The notes: generated by a model from the letters alone, not told the origin. A stretch of 52,205 nt of DNA from Gemmatimonadales bacterium (GCA_045803245.1 JBJMPK010000129.1:1-52205); one strand, 5' to 3'. Shown: positions 37,412-47,756, numbered from the stretch's first letter. Translations and numbers: made by a program.

Positions 37412-39592
37412 ATGGCCAAGACAGCGCCGGATCAGGTATCGCGCCGGAGTTTCGTCGTGGTTCTCGCGTCGGCTGGAGGGGGACTGCTCCTCGGCTGCCG
37501 AGTGGGTGATCGGCTTCAGGGTAAGACCTCCGCTGCGGTGGCGGCCGCGGAACCCCCCGTCTTTGCCCCCAACGCCTTCGTTCGGATCGGCCGGGACGGC
37601 CGGGTGACCATGATCGTGGGACAGGTCGAGATGGGGCAGGGCATGTACACCTCGATGCCGATGCTGATAGCCGAGGAACTGGAGGTCCCGCTCGATCAAG
37701 TGCGGGTCGAGCATGCTCCGCCCAGCGACAAGCTGTACGCCAACCCGCTGGTCGGTTTCCAGATGACCGGGGCGTCGAGCTCGGTCAAGATGCTGTACCT
37801 GCCGCTTCGAACGGCCGGAGCCACCGCCCGCACCATGCTGATCACTGCCGCGGCGCAGCGGTGGAAGGTCGATCCGGCGTCGTGCCAGGCTCAGAAGGGG
37901 ATGGTGACCCACGCCGCGACCGGCAAGAAGCTCTCGTACGGCCAGCTCGCCGATGCGGCGGCAAAGGTACCGGTGCCGGCGGAGGTAAGGCTCAAGGACG
38001 CGAAGGACTTCACCCTGATCGGCACGCCGGCGAAGCGGCTCGATAGCCCGGAAAAGGTCAATGGCACGGCGAAGTACAGCATCGACGTACGGGTACCGGG
38101 CCTGAAGATCGCCACCCTCGCCGAAAGTCCGGTGTTAGGCGGGAAGGTTGCCAGCCTGGATGACAGCAAGGCCAAGGCAATCGCGGGTGTGCGCCAGATC
38201 GTGAATCTCGGTGACCTGGTGGCCGTGGTGGGCGATCACATGTGGGCGGCGAAGCAGGGATTGGCGGCGCTCGTCATCCGCTGGGATGACGGCCCGAACG
38301 GGAAGGTCTCGACCGCGGACGTCGTGAAGGGACTGGATACGGCCTCACGCAAGCCGGGCGTGGTCGCCCGGAAGCAGAATCTCCCGTTCTCGGGCCGTCC
38401 CGGCGGGGTTCGAAGGATCGAAGCCATCTACTCGGCGCCCTTCCTGGCCCACGCCACAATGGAACCGGTCAACTGCACGGTGCATGTACGGAAAGACGGT
38501 TGCGAAGTCTGGACCGGCTCGCAGGTGCTGAGCCGGGTGCAGGGGACGGCGGCCAAGGTCACCGGCCTCCCGCCGGAGAAGGTCGTGGTTCATAATCATC
38601 TGCTCGGCGGTGGATTCGGGCGCCGGCTCGAGGTCGATTTCGAGACCAAGGCCGTGCGGATCGCCAAAGAGGTCGACGGGCCGGTGAAGGTGGTCTGGAC
38701 CCGGGAGGAGGACATCCAGCATGATGTCTATCGCCCCTACTACTACGACCGGATCTCCGCCCAGCTCGATGCTCGCGGGAAGCCGGTCGCGTGGAACCAC
38801 CGACTGGTCGGGCCCTCGATCCTGGCCCGGTGGGCTCCGCCCGCGTTCAAGGACGGGTTGGACGGCGATGGGATAGACGGCGCGGTACAGCTGCTCTACG
38901 ACATTCCAACGATCCGGGTCGAGTACGTGCGCCACGAGGAGCCGGTGCTGAATACCGGTTTCTGGCGGGGGGTTGGGCCCACCCACAACATCTTCGTCGT
39001 CGAGAGCTTCGTCGATGAGCTCGCCGCCGCGTCGAAGCAGGATCCAATAGCATTCCGCCGCTCGCTTCTGGGCAAGGCTCCGCGAGCGATGGCCGTGCTC
39101 GACCTGGCAGCAAAGGAAGCGGACTGGGGAAAGCCCCTCCCCCCGGGCCACGGTCGCGGGGTGTCATTGCTCTACAGCGGATGGGACAGCTACGTCGCCG
39201 AGGTGGCCGAGGTGGAGGTGTTGAAATCGGGCGAGGTAAGGGTGCACCGAATCGTATGTGCGGTCGACTGCGGTACAGTCGTGAACCCGGACACGGTGAA
39301 GGCCCAGATCGAAGGCGGTATTGTCTTTGGCATCGGCGGCGCGCTGTGGGGCGAGATCACGCTCAAGAACGGCCGGGTCGAGCAATCCAACTTCAACAAT
39401 TACCGAGTCCTCCGGATCAACGAGACGCCGGTTATCGAGGTGCACCTGGTGCGGAATGGCGAGAAGCCTGGCGGGATCGGCGAGCCGGGCACCGCGGTCA
39501 CCGCACCGGCGCTGGCCAACGCGGTCTTTGCGGCGACGGGAAAACGAATCCGGCGATTACCGCTCCAGAAGGCGCTGCAGGGTTCCGCCTGA
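37412..39592 (+). CDS. Xanthine dehydrogenase family molybdopterin-binding subunit (IorB-like), copy 2
   Basis: SRRSF Tat-like motif, EMGQG, HATMEP, GGGFGRR and GIGEPG. Confidence 0.95.
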   Translation: MAKTAPDQVSRRSFVVVLASAGGGLLLGCRVGDRLQGKTSAAVAAAEPPVFAPNAFVRIGRDGRVTMIVGQVEMGQGMYTSMPMLIAEELEVPLDQVRVEHAPPSDKLYANPLVGFQMTGASSSVKMLYLPLRTAGATARTMLITAAAQRWKVDPASCQAQKGMVTHAATGKKLSYGQLADAAAKVPVPAEVRLKDAKDFTLIGTPAKRLDSPEKVNGTAKYSIDVRVPGLKIATLAESPVLGGKVASLDDSKAKAIAGVRQIVNLGDLVAVVGDHMWAAKQGLAALVIRWDDGPNGKVSTADVVKGLDTASRKPGVVARKQNLPFSGRPGGVRRIEAIYSAPFLAHATMEPVNCTVHVRKDGCEVWTGSQVLSRVQGTAAKVTGLPPEKVVVHNHLLGGGFGRRLEVDFETKAVRIAKEVDGPVKVVWTREEDIQHDVYRPYYYDRISAQLDARGKPVAWNHRLVGPSILARWAPPAFKDGLDGDGIDGAVQLLYDIPTIRVEYVRHEEPVLNTGFWRGVGPTHNIFVVESFVDELAAASKQDPIAFRRSLLGKAPRAMAVLDLAAKEADWGKPLPPGHGRGVSLLYSGWDSYVAEVAEVEVLKSGEVRVHRIVCAVDCGTVVNPDTVKAQIEGGIVFGIGGALWGEITLKNGRVEQSNFNNYRVLRINETPVIEVHLVRNGEKPGGIGEPGTAVTAPALANAVFAATGKRIRRLPLQKALQGSA

Positions 39593-39620
39593 TGAGATAA
39601 AAACCGCCGACCCGAACGAA

Positions 39621-39660
39621 CGAAGGCACACCAGCGGAGTATCCAGTTGGTGTGCCTTCG
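39621..39660. terminator. Hairpin between convergent genes
   Basis: CGAAGGCACACCA ... TGGTGTGCCTTCG, 13 bp stem. Confidence 0.7.
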
Positions 39661-39665
39661 GAGCC

Positions 39666-40331
39666 TTAGTGCCTCCAGCCTCGACGATAGCCGAAGAAAT
39701 CCCGCGATCTCCACCCGAAGCCAAGGCCGAACCCGCGCCCATAACCCCTCCAGGGATCGTACCCCCACCAGCCGGGGCCGGCGTAGGGGTAGGGATAGAG
39801 GTCACGAGCATACCGCTCCGAGACGACGTAGGTCGAGACGTCATAGTCGAAGTGCTGGCCGGGCGCCTTCATCCGCGTGACCAGCTCGAGGAGCCCGGAT
39901 TCCGCGTCGTCCCGCACCCGCGGACTGGACAGGGCCCCGCTGTTCCAGAGGCCGTTCTGGACGAATTCGTCGACTCGAAAGGGTGACTCCGAGACGGCGG
40001 CGAGTACGGTGCCGTGCCCGCTGGTGTCGTCCGTCACGAAGGCCTCGCGGCCCCCCCGACCTTTGAGCTCGTATTTCTTTCCGCCGGTGATCCGCTGGTC
40101 GGCATCGGGGTTGAGCGGAAACAGCACCCGGACGCGGCCGGCGCCGTCGGAGCGCAGCACAATCAGGTAGCCGTCCCGGGCGGACTTGGCGTATACCTTG
40201 GCGCGGTCGCCGTAGGCATAGTTGGCGTCGGAGTTGAGCCAGACGTGGACGGGGGGATCTTTGCTTGCCAGCGGCATCGCCGCGGGTGCGGCAACCGTGG
40301 GGGAAGCCAGCAAGAGCAGTGCGGTCAACAT
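39666..40331 (-). CDS. Secreted DUF4384-like protein with Gly/Tyr/Trp-rich tail
   Basis: Signal peptide and Y..GD...V....DGYL.VL..D..GRVRVLFP motif. Confidence 0.8.
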   Translation of the reverse strand: MLTALLLLASPTVAAPAAMPLASKDPPVHVWLNSDANYAYGDRAKVYAKSARDGYLIVLRSDGAGRVRVLFPLNPDADQRITGGKKYELKGRGGREAFVTDDTSGHGTVLAAVSESPFRVDEFVQNGLWNSGALSSPRVRDDAESGLLELVTRMKAPGQHFDYDVSTYVVSERYARDLYPYPYAGPGWWGYDPWRGYGRGFGLGFGWRSRDFFGYRRGWRH

Positions 40332-40578
40332 ATACCATCTTCTCCATCATGGACGCCGGCAGCCGGGTGAGACACAGGGCGCTACTCACGACGTCTCTGA
40401 TAGAGAACAGGGGCCTCTGCTGAAGGGTTCCCGTCGTCGGACGATCTCCCAGAGCACGCGCGTCCAAGCGCGGTAAGGCTGCCGTTGGCGATACTGTCGC
40501 ACTCCGGAACAGTTGAGCCCGAGACTCACGCTCGAGGTGCCTTTCGCCTTTGCGCTATCACAGGAGCCAGGAAGTCAC

Positions 40579-41601
40579 ATGCTGAGGTTGCGAATTCCCC
40601 TGAGGACCACTGCTGGGCTGGAAGCCTGGCTCTGTGCCTTTCTGGCCGCTGGTGCTTTCGCGGGCGCTTCGCGCGGACTCGAGGCCCAGGAGAAGAGTCT
40701 GCCCCAGCAGATCGCGGATGAGATGGTGAAGATCAACGGTGGGGTCCACACCGGATTCCGCTACGCCCACGCCAAGGGCATGGTCCTGACCGGCACGTTC
40801 ACTCCGACCAAAGGCGCGGCATCGATCAGCCGGGCAGCGCACTTCCATGGTGCCCCGGTCCCGGTCACCGTCCGGCTGTCCGATGCTACGGGAGTCCCTC
40901 AAATCAACGACGACAATCCCAACGCTTCTCCTCGTGGAATGGCGATCCGGTTCAACCTGCCAACCGGAGCCTTCACCGACATCGTCTCCAACTCGCATAA
41001 CGGATTCTTCGTCGGCACGGGAGAAGATTTTCTGGCTCTCGTCAAGGCAATCGCTGGCACGACTCCCGAGAGCCCTCATCCCTCCCCTATCGAACAGTTC
41101 CTTGGCAGCCATCCGCGAGCGCTGAAGGTCGTGGTCGACTCGAAGCCACTGCCCAAGAGCTTTGCCACTCTCGGTTTCTTCGGCAACAACGCCTTCATCT
41201 TCGTCGACAGCGCCGGGACCAGGCGGGCCGGCCGGTATCAGATCCTTCCGGTTGCCGGCATCCACCATCTCGGCCCCAGTGCAGCCAAGCTGTCACCCAA
41301 CTACATGTTCGAGGATCTGACCCATCGCATCGTCCGGGGGCCGATCAAGTACCGGCTCCTGGTGCAGCTGGCCAACCCCGGCGACCAGACGAACGATGGC
41401 TCGATCGTTTGGCCCGACGACCGCAAGCGGGTGGAGATGGGGACCATCACCCTGACCAAGGTGGCGCCCAACAACCAAGCGCTGCAGCGGTCGCTCACGT
41501 TCAACCCGATCTACCTCACCGATGGGATCCAGCTTTCCGACGATCCGTTCGTGCCGCTGCGCTCCGCGGTGTACGCGTTATCCGTGGCACACCGGCACTA
41601 A
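40579..41601 (+). CDS. Catalase-related heme peroxidase (SrpA-like), exported
   Basis: Distal His in RYAHAKG, PRGMAIRF, and proximal Tyr in SDDP...RSAVY..S. Signal peptide present. Confidence 0.9.
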   Translation: MLRLRIPLRTTAGLEAWLCAFLAAGAFAGASRGLEAQEKSLPQQIADEMVKINGGVHTGFRYAHAKGMVLTGTFTPTKGAASISRAAHFHGAPVPVTVRLSDATGVPQINDDNPNASPRGMAIRFNLPTGAFTDIVSNSHNGFFVGTGEDFLALVKAIAGTTPESPHPSPIEQFLGSHPRALKVVVDSKPLPKSFATLGFFGNNAFIFVDSAGTRRAGRYQILPVAGIHHLGPSAAKLSPNYMFEDLTHRIVRGPIKYRLLVQLANPGDQTNDGSIVWPDDRKRVEMGTITLTKVAPNNQALQRSLTFNPIYLTDGIQLSDDPFVPLRSAVYALSVAHRH

Positions 41602-41636
41602 CTCAAACCTGATCACCCTCCTGAGGAGGCAACGAC

Positions 41637-42497
41637 ATGCCGACGATCACCACCACCGATGGTACCGAGATCTACTATAAGGACTGGGGTAAGGGACAAC
41701 CCATCGTGTTCAGTCACGGCTGGCCGCTGTCGGCCGATGATTGGGACACCCAGATGCTGTTCTTCCTCAAGCAGGGCTATCGGGTCATAGCTCACGACCG
41801 GCGCGGACATGGCCGCTCGGCCCAGACTGGTAGCGGCCATGACATGGATCATTACGCCGACGACCTGGCGGCGCTGACCGCCCATCTCGACCTTAAGGGG
41901 GCGGTGCACGTCGGCCACTCGACCGGCGGCGGCGAAGTGGTGCACTACCTGGGGCGTCACGGCGAGAGCCGGGTGGCAAAAGCGGTGATCATCAGCGCGG
42001 TGCCGCCGTTGATGGTAAAGACGGCGGCCAATCCGGGCGGGCTGCCCAAGGAGGTATTTGACGGGCTTCAGGCGCAGCTCGCCGCCAGCCGGGCCCAGTT
42101 CTACTACGATCTGCCGGCGGGACCGTTCTACGGTTATAACCGGCCGGGTGCGAAACCCTCTGAGCCCGTGATCCGGAATTGGTGGCGCCAGGGCATGATG
42201 GGAAGCGCCAAGGCGCATTATGACGGCGTCGTTGCCTTCTCGCAGACGGACTTCACCGAAGACCTGAAGAAGATTACCGTGCCGGTCCTGGTGATGCATG
42301 GCGATGACGACCAGATCGTGCCGTATGCCGATTCGGCACCGCTGTCGGCAAAGCTGCTGAAGAACGGCACGTTGAAAACCTACAAGGGCTTTCCGCACGG
42401 CATGCCCACGACTGAGGCCGACACCATTAACGCCGACCTGCTCTCGTTCATCAAGCAGCCCGCGGCCACCCCGGCGCGAGAGCCGGTTCCGGTATGA
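41637..42497 (+). CDS. Non-heme chloroperoxidase / perhydrolase
   Basis: [38 protein letters not shown] and PHG motifs. Confidence 0.93.
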   Translation: MPTITTTDGTEIYYKDWGKGQPIVFSHGWPLSADDWDTQMLFFLKQGYRVIAHDRRGHGRSAQTGSGHDMDHYADDLAALTAHLDLKGAVHVGHSTGGGEVVHYLGRHGESRVAKAVIISAVPPLMVKTAANPGGLPKEVFDGLQAQLAASRAQFYYDLPAGPFYGYNRPGAKPSEPVIRNWWRQGMMGSAKAHYDGVVAFSQTDFTEDLKKITVPVLVMHGDDDQIVPYADSAPLSAKLLKNGTLKTYKGFPHGMPTTEADTINADLLSFIKQPAATPAREPVPV

Positions 42498-43024
42498 TCT
42501 TCGACATCACGACATTCACGCTGATTCATACGCTGATCAGTTTGGTCGCGATCGTCGCAGGGCTGGTCGTGGTGGGAGGACTCATGGCCGGGGCTCGGCT
42601 CGACGGCTGGACCGGGCTCTTTCTCGTAACCACCGCACTGACCAGCATCACCGGTTTTGGCTTTCCCTTTACCAGGCTGCTGCCGTCCCACTACGTCGGT
42701 ATCCTCTCCCTGGTTCTTATGGTTCCCGTGATCATTGCCCGGTACCGGAAGCACCTCGAAGGAACCTGGCGGGGGGTCTACGTGGTGGGATCGGTATTGG
42801 TGCTGTATCTCAACCTCTTTGTTCTGGTGGATCAGCTGTTCCGCAGGATACCGGCCCTGATCGTACTGGCACCGACCCACAAGGAAGCGCCCTACGTGGT
42901 GACCCAGCTCCTGGTGATGGGCCTGTTCGGGGTTCTGGGAATTGCCGCCTTTAGAAGATTCCCTCCCCACGCGGTGGTCTCGGAAAGAGGAGTCCGGGTA
43001 CCGGCCGCCGTCTCGAACCGGTAG
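42494..43024 (+). CDS. Uncharacterised membrane protein
   Basis: HTLISLVAI...TSITGFGFP...[10 protein letters not shown], about 5 TMs. ATGA-coupled to the upstream gene. Confidence 0.8.
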   Translation: MIFDITTFTLIHTLISLVAIVAGLVVVGGLMAGARLDGWTGLFLVTTALTSITGFGFPFTRLLPSHYVGILSLVLMVPVIIARYRKHLEGTWRGVYVVGSVLVLYLNLFVLVDQLFRRIPALIVLAPTHKEAPYVVTQLLVMGLFGVLGIAAFRRFPPHAVVSERGVRVPAAVSNR

Positions 43025-43122
43025 GGCAGAAGGCGTCTATCTTTCGAGGGTGATCCATGAAGTCGGGATCCCGGCCCACGCCGGGATCTCGTCGTTCAAT
43101 AGAGCAATGCTGGAGAACACCC

Positions 43123-44775
43123 ATGGCCAGTGAAAACGAGGTAGCGTTTCCGACCCTCGACGCTAAAGATCTCGCGGCACTCGCTGCCCGAGGTCATTCC
43201 CGCAAGGTCCACGCTGGAGAGGTTCTGTTCGCTGAAGGCGATCGCAACCGCTCCTTCTTCGTGGTGCTCGAGGGCGCGATCGAGATCGTCGGGCATTCGA
43301 AGGGTGTCCCCCACGTCGTCGCGGTGCACCATCCCGGACAGTTCAGCGGCGACGTGGACATGCTCAGCGGCCGAGCCATCCTGGTCACCGGACGCGCGGC
43401 CGAAGACGGGCGGGTCCTCGAGCTGGGCAGCGCCGAGCTGCGGCAGGCGGTGGAGGAGCTTCCCCAGCTGGGCCAGATTCTGGCAAAGGCCTTCCTCATG
43501 CGCCGGGGACTCCTCCTCGGCAAAGAGTATGAGGCGGTCACTATCATCGGCTCGCGCTTCTCTCCCGACGCGCATCGGCTGCGTGACTTCGCCACTCGGA
43601 ACGGGGTTCCGGTCAGGTGGATGGACCTCGAGGCCGATGAGCAGGCCGATGCCCTGCTTCGCCAGTTCAACATCCCGGCCTCGGCGACGCCGATCGTGCT
43701 GAGGAGCGACGGCGAGTGGGTGAGCAATCCCTCCATAGCCGACTTCGCCCGCTGCATGGGACTCGAGGCCAATCTGGAGCCGGACCACAGGTACGATCTC
43801 GTGGTGGTCGGTGCCGGTCCCGCGGGGCTCGCCGCCTCGGTCTACGCCGCGTCGGAAGGGCTCGAGGTCCTCACCGTGGATGCGCTTGCCGCCGGCGGGC
43901 AGGCCGGCACCAGCTCGCTCATCGAGAACTATCTCGGCTTTCCCGCGGGCATCTCCGGGGATGAGCTCACTCGCAATGCCTTGTTCCAGGCCCAGAAGTT
44001 CGGCGCCAAGATCACCGTGCCGGCGGAGGTCCGGTCGCTCGGTCTGAACGGCGGGGACCGAGTGGTTACCCTGACCGACGGTAGCCGGATCCTCACCCGC
44101 TGTGTCCTGGTGGCGAGCGGTGTGGAGTATCGAAAGTTGGAGGTTCCGGGCTTTGCCGATTTCGAGGGGGCCGGCATCTACTACGCGGCGACCGAGATGG
44201 AAGCCAGGCTCTGTCGAGGCGAAGAGGTAGTGGTGGTCGGCGCCGGCAATTCGGCGGGTCAGGCTATCATGTTCTTGTCCCGGTACGCCAGCCGAGTGCA
44301 CGTACTGGTCCGGGGCCAGGATCTCGGGGCGAGCATGTCTCGCTACCTGGTGGACCGGGTCGAGAGAATGGAGAATGTGACTATCCACCGGGGCGCAGTG
44401 GTCAGCGGCCTGGAGGGGAACGGGCATCTCAGTGCGGTGCATACCAAGGGCGCGAACGGCAAGCAACAGACCTTTGCCACCAATTCACTCTATCTCTTCA
44501 TCGGTGAGGACCCGCACACCGACTGGCTCCATGGCTGCGTCGAGCTGGATCGACGGGGCTTCGTGCTGACCGGGGACGGACTCCCACCCGCGGCGACCGA
44601 CACTGAACGCTGGCGCTCGGCCGGACGAGCCCCATTCCTGCTGGAGACCAGCTTGCCCGGTGTGTTCGCAGCCGGCGATGTGCGCGCCGGGTCGGCCAAG
44701 CGAGTGGCGGCCGCAGTAGGCGAAGGGTCGATGGCCGTGAGCTTCGTGCACGCCCACATCGCGCGGCCGGTGTGA
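43123..44775 (+). CDS. cNMP-binding domain fused to a thioredoxin-reductase-like FAD oxidoreductase
   Basis: N-terminal cNMP domain, GAGPAG, GGQAGTSS.IENYLGFP, GAGNSAGQA and GDVR.GS.KRVA.AVGEG. Confidence 0.92.
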   Translation: MASENEVAFPTLDAKDLAALAARGHSRKVHAGEVLFAEGDRNRSFFVVLEGAIEIVGHSKGVPHVVAVHHPGQFSGDVDMLSGRAILVTGRAAEDGRVLELGSAELRQAVEELPQLGQILAKAFLMRRGLLLGKEYEAVTIIGSRFSPDAHRLRDFATRNGVPVRWMDLEADEQADALLRQFNIPASATPIVLRSDGEWVSNPSIADFARCMGLEANLEPDHRYDLVVVGAGPAGLAASVYAASEGLEVLTVDALAAGGQAGTSSLIENYLGFPAGISGDELTRNALFQAQKFGAKITVPAEVRSLGLNGGDRVVTLTDGSRILTRCVLVASGVEYRKLEVPGFADFEGAGIYYAATEMEARLCRGEEVVVVGAGNSAGQAIMFLSRYASRVHVLVRGQDLGASMSRYLVDRVERMENVTIHRGAVVSGLEGNGHLSAVHTKGANGKQQTFATNSLYLFIGEDPHTDWLHGCVELDRRGFVLTGDGLPPAATDTERWRSAGRAPFLLETSLPGVFAAGDVRAGSAKRVAAAVGEGSMAVSFVHAHIARPV

Positions 44776-44858
44776 CGGTCGGACGGTCTGACGGTCGGAC
44801 GGGAGAGTAGCTGTCACCCTGTGCGAAGCGAAGGGGCCTTGGTTTCGCTCAGAGTGAC
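44774..44858. repeat. GACGGTCG-like octamer array followed by a REP-like palindrome
   Basis: Four GACGG-led octamers at 44774-44805, then GTCACCCTGTGCGAA...TTCGCTCAGAGTGAC at 44813-44858. Confidence 0.75.
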
Positions 44859-44926
44859 GTCGTTATCGTGGCCGTCTCCGTGAACCCGGGGTACCTCGAC
44901 CGGCTGGGTGTATGTGAAGTGGTCAG

Positions 44927-45739
44927 TCATGACTTGGCTTTCCCTCTGTCACTGAGAGTCAGCACATGCTTGCCTTCCATTTCCCGGACGAGATAGGTCT
45001 CAACCGGATCCTTCGCTGGACCTGCCTTGACCGTGCCGCTCCGGCAATCGAACTGAGAGCCGTGCCAGGGACACTGCACCACGCCGCCGATCATTACCCC
45101 GCCGGCTAGAGAGCCACCCTTATGGGTACACCGATCATCGAAGGCGACATACCCTTCCTTGGTGCGCGCCAGCACCAGGCGCTGGCCATTCAGGCGGATG
45201 AGCTTCATCTGGTCCACTTCGAGCTCGTCCGATCGGGCGACGACGACCGGCTGATCGGCGCTGGCCCTCACGCTCTGTTCACTCCACTTGCCTGCCCGGG
45301 CATAGCGATGGTCCACGCTGATCTGATTGCGTGACACGAGCACTCCGCCGAGCCACCCTCCGACGAACAACATCCCGACCGCCAGGCCCTCCAGAACTAC
45401 AACGGGAGCGGCTGGCTCGACACCGCCCCTCCGAAGCCAGGCGGCCACAATGAAGAGAATGACCGCCGAGAGATTGAGCAGCATATGGGTCGTCGCTCGC
45501 TGCTTCCCGGAGCTTCGGGGAGGCACGGTTCGGACATAATCGATAAAACCTGGTACCGCGGCCACGAGCGCCGCGGCGATGCCAACCAGGGCAAGGTATC
45601 GGCCGGCCACCCACCACCTGGCGTGGCCAGCCAGCCAACCGGCGATATCGAACACGAATGCCCCGGTCAGAAACGCGAACGGGAAGGGGATCAACATCGG
45701 GTGAATCGGGTGACCCCGGAAATGAGCAGTGCTTCGCAT
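44927..45739 (-). CDS. DUF2231 membrane domain fused to a Rieske [2Fe-2S] domain
   Basis: GHPIHPMLIPFP, 4 TMs, GGWLGG.LV, then CTHKGG and CPWHGSQF. Confidence 0.9.
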   Translation of the reverse strand: MRSTAHFRGHPIHPMLIPFPFAFLTGAFVFDIAGWLAGHARWWVAGRYLALVGIAAALVAAVPGFIDYVRTVPPRSSGKQRATTHMLLNLSAVILFIVAAWLRRGGVEPAAPVVVLEGLAVGMLFVGGWLGGVLVSRNQISVDHRYARAGKWSEQSVRASADQPVVVARSDELEVDQMKLIRLNGQRLVLARTKEGYVAFDDRCTHKGGSLAGGVMIGGVVQCPWHGSQFDCRSGTVKAGPAKDPVETYLVREMEGKHVLTLSDRGKAKS

Positions 45740-45768
45740 GCGAGTATCCCCGGCGGACGAGGTGGCGC

Positions 45769-46395
45769 TTACGCGGTCGGCTTGCCCAGCTTCTTCTGAA
45801 TTGCCTCGGCGTGGTCCAGGTGCTTCTGAATGACCGGCCCCGCCTGCTCGATCAGCTTCTTGAGATCTTCATTCTGGGCCGCATCGTGGGCTTTGCCGGC
45901 GACGTCGAGTACCGCCTTGTGGATCCCGATCTCCTGCTCGATATAGGTCCGGTCGAACTGAGCACCCTTCGGGGCTGCCTTGAGCGCGGCCAATTCGCTT
46001 TCGACCGCGGGCTTGAACGGGTCGCTGGCGGGTGGCACCGGCGTGACGTTGAGCCGTTGGGCCAACTGCTGACCCTGGGCCCGGAGCGCGTGGTGCTCGC
46101 CCATCATCAGCTTCGCGAACGCCTTCACGTCGGGGCTGGTGGCTTTGGTAATGGCGAAGGCGGCGGTGGCGCTGTCCGCTGCGTTGGCCTCGTCGAGCAG
46201 GGCGACGATATTGGCATCCGATAGGCCGCCTGAGGCCGCGGCGCCCGCCGTGTTATCCGCTGGTACGGCAGCGGCCGTCGTATCCATCGAGCCGGCCCCT
46301 GTGTCGGCGCTCTGCCTCGCCTTACAGGACGCGAGCATCACGATTGCCATCGATACGACTGCAGGCGCGGTACGGCGCCACGAATTACTGGGCAC
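45769..46395 (-). CDS. DUF4142 lipoprotein (ferritin-like helical bundle)
   Basis: Lipobox LASC, LSDANI, VKAFAKLM..EH, FDRTYI..EI..H and HL..A. AGGAGG RBS. Confidence 0.88.
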   Translation of the reverse strand: MPSNSWRRTAPAVVSMAIVMLASCKARQSADTGAGSMDTTAAAVPADNTAGAAASGGLSDANIVALLDEANAADSATAAFAITKATSPDVKAFAKLMMGEHHALRAQGQQLAQRLNVTPVPPASDPFKPAVESELAALKAAPKGAQFDRTYIEQEIGIHKAVLDVAGKAHDAAQNEDLKKLIEQAGPVIQKHLDHAEAIQKKLGKPTA

Positions 46396-46481
46396 GACTT
46401 CCTCCTGGTTAAAGCTCTCCCGCTGTGGTCTGGGCTGCTGTCGGCCAATTCCGACCCCCAGAGATACGAAGAAGTGCGAAG

Positions 46482-46515
46482 AAAAGCAAGATTGTATATA
46501 CTTATCTTGACTTTT
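46482..46515. promoter_or_regulatory. Palindromic operator in a divergent promoter
   Basis: AAAAG-CAAGAT-TGTATATACTT-ATCTTG-A-CTTTT, an AT-rich inverted repeat just upstream of the HTH gene. Confidence 0.65.
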
Positions 46516-46529
46516 GAAGGAGGTATTGG

Positions 46530-47144
46530 GTGAGGCAATTGGGCTCCGGGCCTCGGGGAACGGCCGGGCGTATAATGGAGATGCTCCGGCGCACCCCTAT
46601 GACAGTGGATGAGGTGGCCCGGGCGCTGGATCTCACTCGTACGGCCGTTCGGTCGCAACTGGCGTCCCTGGTGCACGACGGTCTGGTGGGCGAGCGGGAA
46701 AGCCGCCGGGGCACGAGCAAGCCTTCGCGCGTGTACGGGGTCACGACCCAGGCGGAGCTGCTCTTCTCCCGGGCGTACATACCGATGCTCACTCAGCTCC
46801 TGGACGTTCTGGAACGGCGAATCAAGCCGAAGGAACTCGACTCGGCTCTGCGTGAGGCGGGCCGGAGCCTGGTAGCGGGACGGTCCGCGCCCGCCGGTTC
46901 GCTGGGGAGCCGGGTGGCGGCGGCGAGCTCACTGCTCAACGATCTGGGAGGACTGACGGAGGTAATCCAGGATGGAGGGGATTACACCATTAGGAGCCAC
47001 GGCTGCCCGCTGGCCGCGGCGACGGCCGGTCACCCCGAGGTGTGCAACGCGCTGGAGAGCCTGCTGACCCAGTTCATCGGTTCCCGGGTAAGGCAGTGTT
47101 GCGAGCGCTACCAGCGGGAGCGGTGCTGTTTCCAGGTATCTTGA
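46530..47144 (+). CDS. ArsR/SufR-like (COG2345) HTH regulator with Cys-rich C-terminus
   Basis: TVDEVA..L.LT..AVR.QL..L HTH, then HGCPL, EVC, CC and CCF. Confidence 0.88.
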   Translation: MRQLGSGPRGTAGRIMEMLRRTPMTVDEVARALDLTRTAVRSQLASLVHDGLVGERESRRGTSKPSRVYGVTTQAELLFSRAYIPMLTQLLDVLERRIKPKELDSALREAGRSLVAGRSAPAGSLGSRVAAASSLLNDLGGLTEVIQDGGDYTIRSHGCPLAAATAGHPEVCNALESLLTQFIGSRVRQCCERYQRERCCFQVS

Positions 47145-47150
47145 GTTCAC

Positions 47151-47756
47151 ATGCCACCTATCTCTCGCGGTTTCAGCGGCCGGCAGCGTCCCACCACCGA
47201 TCCTTCGCGGATCCCGCCGGGCCAGTATGTCACTCACGACTTCCCCGTCCTCTCAGCCGGGCCGACCCCGCGGACCCCACTGGAACAGTGGAGCGTTGCT
47301 ATCCGCGGTGCGGTGAAGAACCCGATTACCTGGAGCTGGCAGGACTTCATGTCGCTGCCCAGTGAGAGCTTTACCGTCGACATCCACTGTGTCACCAAGT
47401 GGTCCAAGCTCGATACGGTCTGGACTGGCGTCTCGCTGGATACCCTGCTCGAGCAGGCCGGCCCGACCGGCAAGTACGTGACTGCCTGGAGCGACGGCGG
47501 GTACACCACCAACGTCCCATTGAAGGACCTGACCGGCGGCAAAGCCTGGATCGCCCATGGCTACGACGGCAAGCCGCTGCATCCCGAACACGGCGGCCCC
47601 GCCCGCCTGCTGATCCCACACCTGTACTTTTGGAAGAGCGCCAAGTGGGTGCGCGGTTTGGAGCTGACCGAGACCGATGAGCCGGGCTTCTGGGAGCAGA
47701 ACGGCTACCACATCTACGGGGACCCGTGGCGGGAGCAGCGCTACACGGGCGACTGA
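47151..47756 (+). CDS. Cytoplasmic sulfite oxidase-like molybdopterin oxidoreductase (YuiH-like)
   Basis: RIPPGQY...FPVL, DIHCVTKWS, EHGGPARL, YFWKSAKW and GFWE.NGYH..GDPW.EQR motifs. Confidence 0.93.
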   Translation: MPPISRGFSGRQRPTTDPSRIPPGQYVTHDFPVLSAGPTPRTPLEQWSVAIRGAVKNPITWSWQDFMSLPSESFTVDIHCVTKWSKLDTVWTGVSLDTLLEQAGPTGKYVTAWSDGGYTTNVPLKDLTGGKAWIAHGYDGKPLHPEHGGPARLLIPHLYFWKSAKWVRGLELTETDEPGFWEQNGYHIYGDPWREQRYTGD

